DNA of 41,080 bases from a virus. Its lineage: Duplodnaviria; Caudoviricetes. The stretch spans positions 1 to 41,080 of IMG/VR virus record IMGVR_UViG_3300032219_002477, one strand, 5' to 3'. Numbering within the stretch: the first letter of the stretch is position 1; each line of letters starts with the position of its first letter. Shown here one piece after another: positions 17,669-25,857 of this stretch. The notes beneath the pieces are model-generated. The model had not been told where the DNA came from and made no database searches. It saw only the letters and a list, made by a program, of their open reading frames with translations. The position numbers were made by a program, and so were the translations under genes.

Positions 17669-18691
17669 ATGAATGAAATTCTAATTTACGGAGGTATTTA
17701 CGAGTGGTCAGCATCTGAATTCATTAAGGCATTTGCCGAAATTGAAGGTGATTCTGTTGTTGTTCGTATGAATACAGATGGTGGCGACCCTTTAATGGGA
17801 CACGGTATGGTTGCGCGTTTACAAGAATTTGAAGGAAATAAAACTGTAAAGGTTGATGGTAAAGCATATTCAACAGGTTTTTTCATGTGTTTGTATGCTG
17901 ACAATGTAGAATGTTTAGATGTTTCACAATTCATGGTTCACCGTGCATCTTATGGTGAATGGTTTGAAAAATCTGAGTATTTCACACAGCCTTTGAGAGA
18001 GAATTTAGCTTCAATCAATGCTGACTTAGAAAAGGCTTTCAGAAATAAATTAGATGTTGCTGAATTTGAGAAAATCAAAGGCGTTAAGGTTAAAGATATT
18101 TTTTCAATGGATTCAAGAATTGATGTTTTCTTGACTGCCAAAGAAGCTAAACAAGTTGGATTGGTTTCTAAAATCAATACCATTACTCCGAAAAAAGCAC
18201 AGGAATTGAAAGCTAGTTTTAGCAAATTAGCTGCTAGATATGATGTTGATTTTTCGAGTGTTGTTGAAACACCAAATGCAGGTGAAAACAGTAATTCAGG
18301 TGTTAATCCTAGCGCAAATAACAAAGTAAATAATAAAAACAAGTATATGACAATTGAGCAGTTCAAAGCTGAAAATCCTGAGTTGTTTGCTCAGATTCAG
18401 TCAACGGCAGTCGAAACTGAAAAAGACCGTGTGAATGCGTGGTTGAAATTCATTGAAGTAGATGCCAAAGCGGTAACAGAAGGAATCAAAGAAGGTAAAA
18501 ATTTGTCTCAAGAGGCAATGGCTGATTTTTCCGTTAAAATGTTTGCCAAAAACACAACAGAAAAAGTAACAGCAGAAGGTAAAGAAACCGTTGTTGAAAC
18601 TACTGTTGTTGACAATAAAGAGAGTAATCAACCAAATCCACTTGCTGACTTCGCTGCTGAAGTTCGTAAAAAAGCGGGTTTAAAATCATAA
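17669..18691 (+). CDS. ClpP-like head maturation protease with C-terminal scaffold region
   Basis: MNTDGGD, KAYS (Ser), FMVH (His), FLTAKEAKQVGLV; internal MTIEQFKAENPEL scaffold-like start; ATG 17669 preferred over TTG 17660. Confidence 0.9.
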   Translation: MNEILIYGGIYEWSASEFIKAFAEIEGDSVVVRMNTDGGDPLMGHGMVARLQEFEGNKTVKVDGKAYSTGFFMCLYADNVECLDVSQFMVHRASYGEWFEKSEYFTQPLRENLASINADLEKAFRNKLDVAEFEKIKGVKVKDIFSMDSRIDVFLTAKEAKQVGLVSKINTITPKKAQELKASFSKLAARYDVDFSSVVETPNAGENSNSGVNPSANNKVNNKNKYMTIEQFKAENPELFAQIQSTAVETEKDRVNAWLKFIEVDAKAVTEGIKEGKNLSQEAMADFSVKMFAKNTTEKVTAEGKETVVETTVVDNKESNQPNPLADFAAEVRKKAGLKS

Positions 18692-18694
18692 ATC

Positions 18695-19126
18695 ATGGGA
18701 GCAGATAACGTTTTACAGACAGGTAGTCAATTGATTACTAATTTCACTACTGAAAAAATCTTTCTTGGTGGAAATCAATATGAAACAGGAAACTTCGTAG
18801 CTGATGGCTATGACGATTGTTTACCTGGTTTAGTAGTTGGAAGAATCGGTTCAAGTGGAAACTTAGTGCCTTTAGAATCAACTGCAACAGATGGTAGCCA
18901 ATACCCTGTTGGAATTTTAGTTAACCAAGTTGACGCTGGTGACGAACGCGAAGCAACTATTTGTGTAGGTGGTGAAGTTGACGAAAGCAAAGTATTGTTT
19001 ATCAACGAATCTGATACCTTAAACACAGTTGTTGCAACTAGACGTTTGAGAGACCGTATCAAAGGTGACACATTGGGAATTCTCTTAGTACAAATGGACG
19101 AGTTGTCAAATTTCGACAATTATTAG
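18695..19126 (+). CDS. Head decoration protein (lambda gpD-like)
   Basis: GLVVGRI...ATDGSQYPVGIL motif; lies between protease and capsid. Confidence 0.85.
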   Translation: MGADNVLQTGSQLITNFTTEKIFLGGNQYETGNFVADGYDDCLPGLVVGRIGSSGNLVPLESTATDGSQYPVGILVNQVDAGDEREATICVGGEVDESKVLFINESDTLNTVVATRRLRDRIKGDTLGILLVQMDELSNFDNY

Positions 19127-19157
19127 TCAGTTTCCACAACAATAATTTTTTAAACAA

Positions 19158-20327
19158 ATGAAAACAATTTTCACTTTATTAGCGGTTGCATTTTCCGCAT
19201 TAGTATTCGGAGGTTCCGCGTACTTTATTCCAACTGCAATTGCATTCGTTGGATTGTCATTCTTACTTCCAAAGGGAGTAGTGGCAGAAACAATCGGTTT
19301 AACTCAAGCACGTGGAGTTTATACTGATACAATGGTTGCATTGTACAGAGAACGTGTATCTGTAATGTCGTTTTTTAGATCGTTTTTCCCACCAAAAACA
19401 GTTATGTCTAAACTTGTATCTATCGAAGTTCGTAGAGGTTCTGAGAAGATTGCAGTTGACGTAATTAGAGGAACATCTGGAAATGGTAACAAAGCAACTA
19501 AATCGACTGAAAAAGTTATGTTACCACCTGCTTACCACGAATTCTTTATTGCAAATCACTTAGACGTTTATGACCGTGCAATTGGTTCAACTGACCCTAC
19601 TGCAATGGCTTCATTAGCGCAAGAATCTGCTGAAATGTTGCAAGACATTCAGGATAAAATTGACCGTGCAATTGAGAAAATGTGTGCAGACGTAATGACT
19701 GATGGTATTATCACATTGGTAAATGGTGATTCTATTGACTACAAGAGAAAAGCAGCTTCAAAAGTAGCATACAACTCTACTCACAATTGGGCTGACAATT
19801 CTGTAAGTCCTTACGTTACATTTGCAAATGCTGCTAAATTCTTACGTGAAGTAGGTAAATCACAAGGTTCAACTTACAATGTAATTTTAGGTGGCTCTGC
19901 AATGAGTGCATTATTAAACAATGAGAAATTCTTAACTAGACAAGATTTAGTTAATATGAGATTGGATAATATTTCAACTCCTGTTAAAAATTCAGTTGGT
20001 GCAACTTACCATGGTAGAATTACAGAAGGTTCTTACTCATTCGACTTGTGGACTTACCCAGAAGTATATGAAGATGCAAACGGTAATATGGTTCCGTACA
20101 TGGATGCTAAAAAAGTAATCTTTACTGCTGAAATGCCGAAATTCCAATTAGCATTCGGATTAGTTGAGCAGTTGTTAGATGGACAAGTTCCACAAACAGG
20201 ACCTTACTTAGTTTACGACACAATCGACACGGAAAAAACAAGTCATAAAGTTCACATGAAATCATGTCCACTTCCAATTCCTGTTGCTATTGACCAACTC
20301 TATACTATCCAAGTTCTCGCATCTTAG
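19158..20327 (+). CDS. Major capsid protein (lambda gpE family) with hydrophobic N-terminal extension
   Basis: SFFRSFFP, IDRAIEKMC, IDYKRKA, WTYPEVY, MKSCPLPIP pattern of E-family capsids. Confidence 0.92.
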   Translation: MKTIFTLLAVAFSALVFGGSAYFIPTAIAFVGLSFLLPKGVVAETIGLTQARGVYTDTMVALYRERVSVMSFFRSFFPPKTVMSKLVSIEVRRGSEKIAVDVIRGTSGNGNKATKSTEKVMLPPAYHEFFIANHLDVYDRAIGSTDPTAMASLAQESAEMLQDIQDKIDRAIEKMCADVMTDGIITLVNGDSIDYKRKAASKVAYNSTHNWADNSVSPYVTFANAAKFLREVGKSQGSTYNVILGGSAMSALLNNEKFLTRQDLVNMRLDNISTPVKNSVGATYHGRITEGSYSFDLWTYPEVYEDANGNMVPYMDAKKVIFTAEMPKFQLAFGLVEQLLDGQVPQTGPYLVYDTIDTEKTSHKVHMKSCPLPIPVAIDQLYTIQVLAS

Positions 20328-20346
20328 TTTCTTGAATGTAGAAAGT

Positions 20347-20378
20347 AAAAAGCCACTCTTAATAGGGTGGCTTTTTTT
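20347..20378. terminator. Bidirectional intrinsic terminator
   Basis: AAAAAGCCACTC-TTAATA-GGGTGGCTTTTTTT between convergent genes. Confidence 0.9.
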
Positions 20379-20400
20379 GTTGGGTGGGAAATTAAAATTA

Positions 20401-20649
20401 TTACCCAATCTGTTTATTCTCACTCACCACCGATTGAAATAAAGCTGAATTTGTACCAACTTGTCCTGTTGCCTTAATGAAGTCAATTTCGACCTTTGCA
20501 GACTGAATTATCACATTTGCAAGATTTGCTATTGCTTTTGCTTTTTGTACCTCTTCATCAACGTTTTTGTCTTTACAATCTTCATCATTTAATCTTTCAA
20601 GTGCTAAGAAAATGTGATCGCGAACGTCTTCCATTTTATTTTTTGCCAT
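20401..20649 (-). CDS. Conserved small helical phage protein
   Basis: DHIFLALERLND...KAKAIANLA; overlaps the end of the HNH gene. Confidence 0.75.
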   Translation of the reverse strand: MAKNKMEDVRDHIFLALERLNDEDCKDKNVDEEVQKAKAIANLANVIIQSAKVEIDFIKATGQVGTNSALFQSVVSENKQIG

Positions 20650-21271
20650 AACTATTTATTTTTTGTATTAATTTATTTTTCAATTTGATTACTTCCAATA
20701 TTTCACTTGGAATATTTACGTGTGAATTTTTACGCATTAAGTCTGCATAACTGACCATTTGTAAGTTGTTTATTTGACAATTCAAAGAGTTACCATCAAT
20801 GAAAGTAATTTTCATATTTTCGGGAATCTTACCATTATGAAGTTGCCAAATTACGCGGTGTAAAAGATGCCAATTAGAATCTGAAATTTTGATGTACAAA
20901 TAAGGAATACCTGTATTATCAATTCTCTTCACAATTTTTCCAACTTCTTTGGTATTATGTGGCTTCAATCCTTTCTTAAACATTGTACGTTGACATTTTT
21001 CATACGTTTCAGGATTCATTTTCTTTCCTTTGTTGAATGGAATATTACCTTTTTCAAATTTGGTATTTCCTCCAAGATTTGTTCCTGGTCTTAATCTTCC
21101 AGAAAAAGGAGAGTTTAAATATTGCTCAGATTTCTTTAAGCCTAATTTATTTGCTTTATGATAAACAGAAGTAAGTGGAATTCCTAATTCCTTAGCAAGT
21201 AAATAAGTAGGAGTATTTGGATATTTTTCTACCAATGTGTTTATTATCGTTTCTGTAAATTTTACTCTCAT
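20636..21271 (-). CDS. HNH endonuclease-like protein with N-terminal HTH and FxKGxxP repeats
   Basis: HRVIWQLHNG...FIDGNSLNCQINNL; FEKGNIPFNKG and FKKGLKPHN. Confidence 0.88.
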   Translation of the reverse strand: MRVKFTETIINTLVEKYPNTPTYLLAKELGIPLTSVYHKANKLGLKKSEQYLNSPFSGRLRPGTNLGGNTKFEKGNIPFNKGKKMNPETYEKCQRTMFKKGLKPHNTKEVGKIVKRIDNTGIPYLYIKISDSNWHLLHRVIWQLHNGKIPENMKITFIDGNSLNCQINNLQMVSYADLMRKNSHVNIPSEILEVIKLKNKLIQKINSYGKK

Positions 21272-21274
21272 TGA

Positions 21275-21562
21275 TTAACGTTTTTCATTTCCTCCAATCA
21301 AATCATTGTAAGCCTTTTCAATCTCAGGAACTTCATCCACAAAACGGCAAAAATATTTGATAATTCGTTCTTGGTGAATAACCATTTTTTTTGATCTATC
21401 AAACTCATTTGTCAAAGCAACGTGTTGTCTGAGTAATCTTTGATATTCAGTATCACGTGTTTTAATAATGGATTTGATTTCTTTAGTTTGGTAGTATTGA
21501 ATTGCTATCACAATAGCGCATCCAAGTATTACAAATAAAAGTGCAATGTTAATTTGATTCAT
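21275..21562 (-). CDS. Membrane-anchored hypothetical protein
   Basis: N-terminal transmembrane segment followed by coiled coil. Confidence 0.7.
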   Translation of the reverse strand: MNQINIALLFVILGCAIVIAIQYYQTKEIKSIIKTRDTEYQRLLRQHVALTNEFDRSKKMVIHQERIIKYFCRFVDEVPEIEKAYNDLIGGNEKR

Positions 21563-21704
21563 TGTATTTGGTTTAATTGTTTACGTTTTAAAAACCCCTC
21601 CTATTTGTGTTGTCATTGAAATTCCCAGGTTTCGAATTGGCGGAGGGGTTAGTTTTCCAATGGTACGTTTGCCGATTATGTACGATTAGAGGCTTACCAG
21701 AGCC

Positions 21705-21947
21705 TTATTTAATAATTCTACTAGCGTTTATACTTGGAGCCATTGAATAGTTGCCATCAACAACAAATTCAGAATTATTCCAAACCTTAACACGTCTAGT
21801 AATTTTTTCGTCTTTTCTTTGAAAGCGTTCAAATGTCACACTTTTATCTGTTCTTTTAATACAGATGTATTTAGGTCTTAAATCGCTGTCGCCTACGTAT
21901 GTCATTTCGTAAACGTTACCTACTTCAAATTTAATAATTTCGCTCAT
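21705..21947 (-). CDS. Hypothetical protein (SH3-like beta pattern)
   Basis: KFEVGNVY...IKRTDKSVT; promoter on the minus strand at 21967-21997. Confidence 0.7.
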   Translation of the reverse strand: MSEIIKFEVGNVYEMTYVGDSDLRPKYICIKRTDKSVTFERFQRKDEKITRRVKVWNNSEFVVDGNYSMAPSINASRIIK

Positions 21948-21966
21948 TTGTTTCTTATTGATGTGT

Positions 21967-22036
21967 CAAAATTAATACATTATTTTTAATAACAAAACAT
22001 TTTTTAAATTATTTTTATTTTTTTTGATTAAATTTG
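21967..22036. promoter_or_regulatory. Divergent promoters
   Basis: Minus strand TTTG-N18-TAATTTTG (21967-21996); plus strand TAAATTTG (22029-22036). Confidence 0.7.
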
Positions 22037-22054
22037 AATAATTAAATCAATTGT

Positions 22055-22297
22055 ATGAAAAGATATTTTGTAAAATCGTTGTCAGTACTTGGAAAAAATA
22101 ATAAAAAGTACGAAGCAGGACAAGAAGTAAAAGCTTCTAATTTTGAAGAGGGAGTTATTGACATTTTGGTTAAAGAAGAGCATTTGGAGGTTAAAGAAGA
22201 TGAGGTTGCAGAAACTCCAATCGTTGAGGCACCTACTGACTCCAAAAAATCAACAAAAAAATCTAGCAAAGCTAACACCTCAGATTTCGTTGACTAA
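22055..22297 (+). CDS. Small head-associated protein in the lambda FI position (putative packaging chaperone or capsid-binding protein)
   Basis: First sense gene after the capsid and before the FII-like gene; domain of about 45 aa plus an acidic/Lys-rich tail. Confidence 0.6.
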   Translation: MKRYFVKSLSVLGKNNKKYEAGQEVKASNFEEGVIDILVKEEHLEVKEDEVAETPIVEAPTDSKKSTKKSSKANTSDFVD

Positions 22298-22656
22298 TGG
22301 GACTCATTGACCAATTAAAAAAAGACGTTGCATCCATTACCTCAAATACAAATGATTTTGGGGTAATGGTCAACTTTGAATTTGGAGAATTTACTTGCGA
22401 GGTTTCTTGCTTACAAACAGCACATCAAAACGGCATTGATGCAGATGGTATGCGTGTGAATTCAAAAATTTCAAGTGTCGCTGTATCTGAACAGAATTTA
22501 GTTGCCTTGGAATACCCTACTAGAAATGAATCTAATGAAATTACTTTTCGAGATCACATTCTTACAATTGATGGAAATAAATATATCGTTACAGAATTCT
22601 ATCCAGATGAAACAGCAGGACTTATTGTTTTGTTTTTGGGGACGTATTATGATTAA
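22297..22656 (+). CDS. Head-tail joining protein (FII-like)
   Basis: 119 aa beta-rich; IDGNKYIVTEFYPDETAGLIVLFLG. Confidence 0.7.
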   Translation: MGLIDQLKKDVASITSNTNDFGVMVNFEFGEFTCEVSCLQTAHQNGIDADGMRVNSKISSVAVSEQNLVALEYPTRNESNEITFRDHILTIDGNKYIVTEFYPDETAGLIVLFLGTYYD

Positions 22657-22680
22657 AACACGCACGACACACACTATAAT

Positions 22681-22734
22681 GGTATGATTAACACATTAAC
22701 GGTATGATTAACACATTAACGGTATGATTAACAC
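22681..22734 (+). repeat. 20-bp tandem repeat GGTATGATTAACACATTAAC, 2.7 copies, each encoding MINTLTV-stop
   Basis: Units at 22681, 22701 and 22721; the last contains the ATG of the next gene. Confidence 0.95.
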
Positions 22735-23959
22735 TCTGATAGGTCAGCAAAATTTCGAATTAATTAGAGATAGAATAGCAGAAATTCTGTCAACTGAAAT
22801 TGCACATCAAGCAACTTTGGAAGGTCACGATTTATGGACTGAAAATATATTCGTTTGGCTTGAAAGAACTGCACCGTTTGACAAAACGGAATTACCTTGT
22901 ATAAACGTTTCATTGTCTAGTGGTGAATTTGATAATTATAAGGCTACAGGTGACAATGACGGAAACTACCAATTTGATATTGATGTTTACACAAAAGGCG
23001 TTTATACTTCAACTGATAATGGTGACACAAAATCAACGGTTTTACTGCATCGAATTTTAGGAGTTTGTAAAACAATTCTTACAAATGAGCAATATAAATC
23101 ACTTGGATTTGAAAGTAAATTCATTGGTAATAGAAATATTAGTTCAGTTCAGATTGCTGATCCAAATTCAATGCGTCGTGAAAATGAAACTGAAAGTATT
23201 CGTTTAGGACGTTTAGTTTTCAAAGTAAGATGTAACGAAACAAATACAACAGCAGTTCCAATTGATTTAGATTCATATGCTACAACTGTAAGACTTTACA
23301 ATACTGCACAAGGATATTTTTATTCTACAAATAATACATTACCTCCAACACCTCCGAGTTGTACTGTCAGAGCAACTGTAATCAATTCAAATGATACTGA
23401 GATTACTTGGAAAAACGTTACTGATTTAGATTTCTTAATTGAAATTCCAGACGTTACTATCAAAGTCGTTAATTCAGAACAAACAGAAATCAATTCAGAA
23501 GTTGTTGCCGGTGGAATAAATGCAGAAATTGAAGCACCAGGAGTTACAATTACAGATGGTGGCGATACATTTGAACAACCTGCAGGAACAACTTATGCGT
23601 GTTCAGGTGGACCGACTGAAATAAATGTTCGAAATGAAAACAGTACGTATTCAGTAAATACTGATGCGGATTTGGTACTTCCAAATATCACAGCAAACGT
23701 AATTGATAGCGAAGGAACGATTATTAGTTCAGAGGAATTACCATCCGTTGAAGATTTAAGTTTAGTTGCACCAAATGGAACGGTAACTATTATAAATTCA
23801 GAAAACACAACCATTGGAAGTAAATCTGTAAAATCGAATGGAACGGAAAATTTTGAATTAGAAGATACGCAAATTGTTTTTAAAGAAAATGGAGTTGAAA
23901 TAGGTAGTGTTACCTTTCCGACATTAGAACCAAATACCACAATAAATATTATCATGTAA
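22724..23959 (+). CDS. Tail terminator-like protein fused to a C-terminal repeat region
   Basis: FELIRDRIAEIL...ELPCINVS...FDIDVY N-domain; TLPPTPPS linker; VINSxxTxI repeats. Confidence 0.7.
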   Translation: MINTLIGQQNFELIRDRIAEILSTEIAHQATLEGHDLWTENIFVWLERTAPFDKTELPCINVSLSSGEFDNYKATGDNDGNYQFDIDVYTKGVYTSTDNGDTKSTVLLHRILGVCKTILTNEQYKSLGFESKFIGNRNISSVQIADPNSMRRENETESIRLGRLVFKVRCNETNTTAVPIDLDSYATTVRLYNTAQGYFYSTNNTLPPTPPSCTVRATVINSNDTEITWKNVTDLDFLIEIPDVTIKVVNSEQTEINSEVVAGGINAEIEAPGVTITDGGDTFEQPAGTTYACSGGPTEINVRNENSTYSVNTDADLVLPNITANVIDSEGTIISSEELPSVEDLSLVAPNGTVTIINSENTTIGSKSVKSNGTENFELEDTQIVFKENGVEIGSVTFPTLEPNTTINIIM

Positions 23960-24909
23960 TGGATCCAATAACAGCAAATTTAACTAATAGTCAAACTCCA
24001 ATAGTTGTTTCAGCTAATCAAACAGCTTTAAATGATAGGAGTTACACCGTTGTTGCGAATAGCACGTTTACAGACCCGTCACCTGTTGAAGGCAAAGGTT
24101 ATCGCGTATTTGTACGTAATGGAGCAGCAACAATTAATTCAGTTGCTTATACAGAAAATACTACAATTATTCGTTTGTTTCATTCGGGTTCGTGGGTTTC
24201 TTATGTTACAACAGGAACGAATACAGGCAACGAAACAACATCCACAATTGGCGCAATTGTAAACGGTGCAAGTTCAGCAACTCCTAACGATACTGATTTA
24301 GTTACAACCGTTGAAAGTTCAGTAGTTAAGAAAATTACATGGACAAATGTAAAAGCGTTCTTAAAAACCTACTTTGATACAATCTACACAACGACAAGTG
24401 CAGTTGCATCACAGATAACAACAGCGTTAAGCGGTTATGTAGTAGGTAACGCACCAATAACGGCAGGAACTTACCACGAAGTAACGGTCGATGCAAAAGG
24501 ATTAGTTACAGCAGGCTCTGTTAAATGGGGTTTACTTAGTGGGAATCCAAACTCAGCAACAGGTGCGACCTCAGGTACAGCTAGATATTTCACATTTGGC
24601 GATGGTACACCTCAAAATGGTTATACTTTCAGGCAAATTACTTTCGTTCAACCAACAGTTGTAAGGTACTTATATTTAACAACAATCACTTCGCAACCTG
24701 CAACAGGAAGTTGTGTATTTACTGTTCAAAAGAACGGAGTTGATACAGGAATTGTAATAACTGTTCCTGCAGGTTCTGCACCTGGTGTTTTTTCAGAAAC
24801 TGCAACTCAAGTTTCATTCAATGCAGGAGAGTCAATTACTTTAAAGTCTGTAAATAATGCTACAACTACAAGCTGTGTACTAGCATCTAACTCGATTGGA
24901 ATATCATGA
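23959..24909 (+). CDS. Thr-rich fibre or collar protein
   Basis: ITAGTYHEVTVDAKGLVTAG fibre repeat motif; C-terminal beta domain. Confidence 0.7.
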   Translation: MDPITANLTNSQTPIVVSANQTALNDRSYTVVANSTFTDPSPVEGKGYRVFVRNGAATINSVAYTENTTIIRLFHSGSWVSYVTTGTNTGNETTSTIGAIVNGASSATPNDTDLVTTVESSVVKKITWTNVKAFLKTYFDTIYTTTSAVASQITTALSGYVVGNAPITAGTYHEVTVDAKGLVTAGSVKWGLLSGNPNSATGATSGTARYFTFGDGTPQNGYTFRQITFVQPTVVRYLYLTTITSQPATGSCVFTVQKNGVDTGIVITVPAGSAPGVFSETATQVSFNAGESITLKSVNNATTTSCVLASNSIGIS

Positions 24910-25091
24910 TAGTAATTACTACAAATTGCAAATTCTACTTAGACGCTACAGATATCGAATTGGGGCGTATTCACGAACAATTAATAGACTTGTTGAAAGA
25001 TAGTTCAAAATTAGAACGATTCAAACAACTTTTAGAGGACGATAATAATAGTGCGTTTAGTATATTTGTAGCTGAAAATAATGTTCAATAG
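24906..25091 (+). CDS. Hypothetical protein, possible fibre partner
   Basis: ATGA overlap with the fibre gene. Confidence 0.6.
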   Translation: MIVITTNCKFYLDATDIELGRIHEQLIDLLKDSSKLERFKQLLEDDNNSAFSIFVAENNVQ

Positions 25092-25204
25092 GTAAAATAA
25101 TGCTAAATAGGTAAGTAAAATTCAATAGGTAAACCTACAACAGTTATAAACCTACAACAATTAAAACGACAATAGTTATAAACCTACGATAATTAAAACA
25201 ACAA
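25087..25204. repeat. Intergenic direct repeats (AATAGGTAA x3; 32-bp unit x2)
   Basis: AATAGGTAA at 25087, 25106 and 25124; AGTTATAAACCTAC... at 25142 and 25174. Confidence 0.8.
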
Positions 25205-25223
25205 CATAAATAATTACAAAACA

Positions 25224-25733
25224 ATGAAAAACTTATTCTTCTACTTAATTGTCACAGTTACAACATTTTTAGCACCAATTGAATTGGTTTGTTTTGTTTT
25301 AATGTTTATCATGGGAATTGATACAATTGTCAAAATTCTATCTTTGCGTACTATTTCCAAAAAAGAGGAAAGACCATTTAGAGATTTGTATAAGTCCAGA
25401 ATTGCACGTAAAGGATATTTTTTAAAGGTTGTTGGATATATGATAATGGTTTTGCCATTACTTCCATTGGATGTGTTTTTCTTAACTCCATTTGCTGTAA
25501 GGTCAACTGCAACATTAGGCTACGATTTAGGAAAAATATTAACTCCTGCATTATTCACAAATGGACTATTGGTTATTTTCTGTTTGATAGAATTATCTTC
25601 AATTAATGAAAATTGGTTTGATTTTTCGGGAAATAATATTTTAAGTGGCGTTTCAAAAACTATCAAAAAAACGAAGTCGGTTTTACTCAAAGCGTCAATT
25701 TTTTATAAGGAAATTAAGAATGATAAGGAATAG
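25224..25733 (+). CDS. Holin
   Basis: Several hydrophobic segments, FLAPI, MGIDT, IELSSINEN (E-x-x-S-I-x-E-N holin motif), basic C-terminus. Confidence 0.8.
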   Translation: MKNLFFYLIVTVTTFLAPIELVCFVLMFIMGIDTIVKILSLRTISKKEERPFRDLYKSRIARKGYFLKVVGYMIMVLPLLPLDVFFLTPFAVRSTATLGYDLGKILTPALFTNGLLVIFCLIELSSINENWFDFSGNNILSGVSKTIKKTKSVLLKASIFYKEIKNDKE

Positions 25734-25736
25734 TTG

Positions 25737-25803
25737 TATATTTGTGAAGGTTTAAGGTTTATTTGGTTCATGGAATCCTCAGAGAAATTTGAGGATTTTT
25801 TTT
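25737..25803 (+). ncRNA. Candidate small RNA of about 50 nt (promoter box, G/U-rich tract, terminator)
   Basis: TATATTTG 25737-25744, then GGTTTAAGGTTTATTTGGTTCAT, then a terminator hairpin. Confidence 0.4.
25774..25803 (+). terminator. Intrinsic terminator after the holin
   Basis: AATCCTCAGA-GAAA-TTTGAGGATT followed by a T run. Confidence 0.85.
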
Positions 25804-25811
25804 GTTAAATA

Positions 25812-25842
25812 TTTTGATATTAAAAATAAAGTATTAAATTTG
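25812..25842 (+). promoter_or_regulatory. Bacteroidota-type promoter
   Basis: TTTG-N18-TAAATTTG, nearly identical to the promoter at 21967-21997. Confidence 0.75.
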
Positions 25843-25857
25843 ATAAAAAATAAACCT

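Noticed and set aside
19271-19283. GGGAG plus GTG as the sole capsid start
   Set aside because: Only 2 nt spacing, and the genome does not appear to use Shine-Dalgarno sites; kept only as a possible secondary start
21600-21660. tRNA suggested by a TTCGAA loop
   Set aside because: No cloverleaf, acceptor stem or anticodon arm could be built
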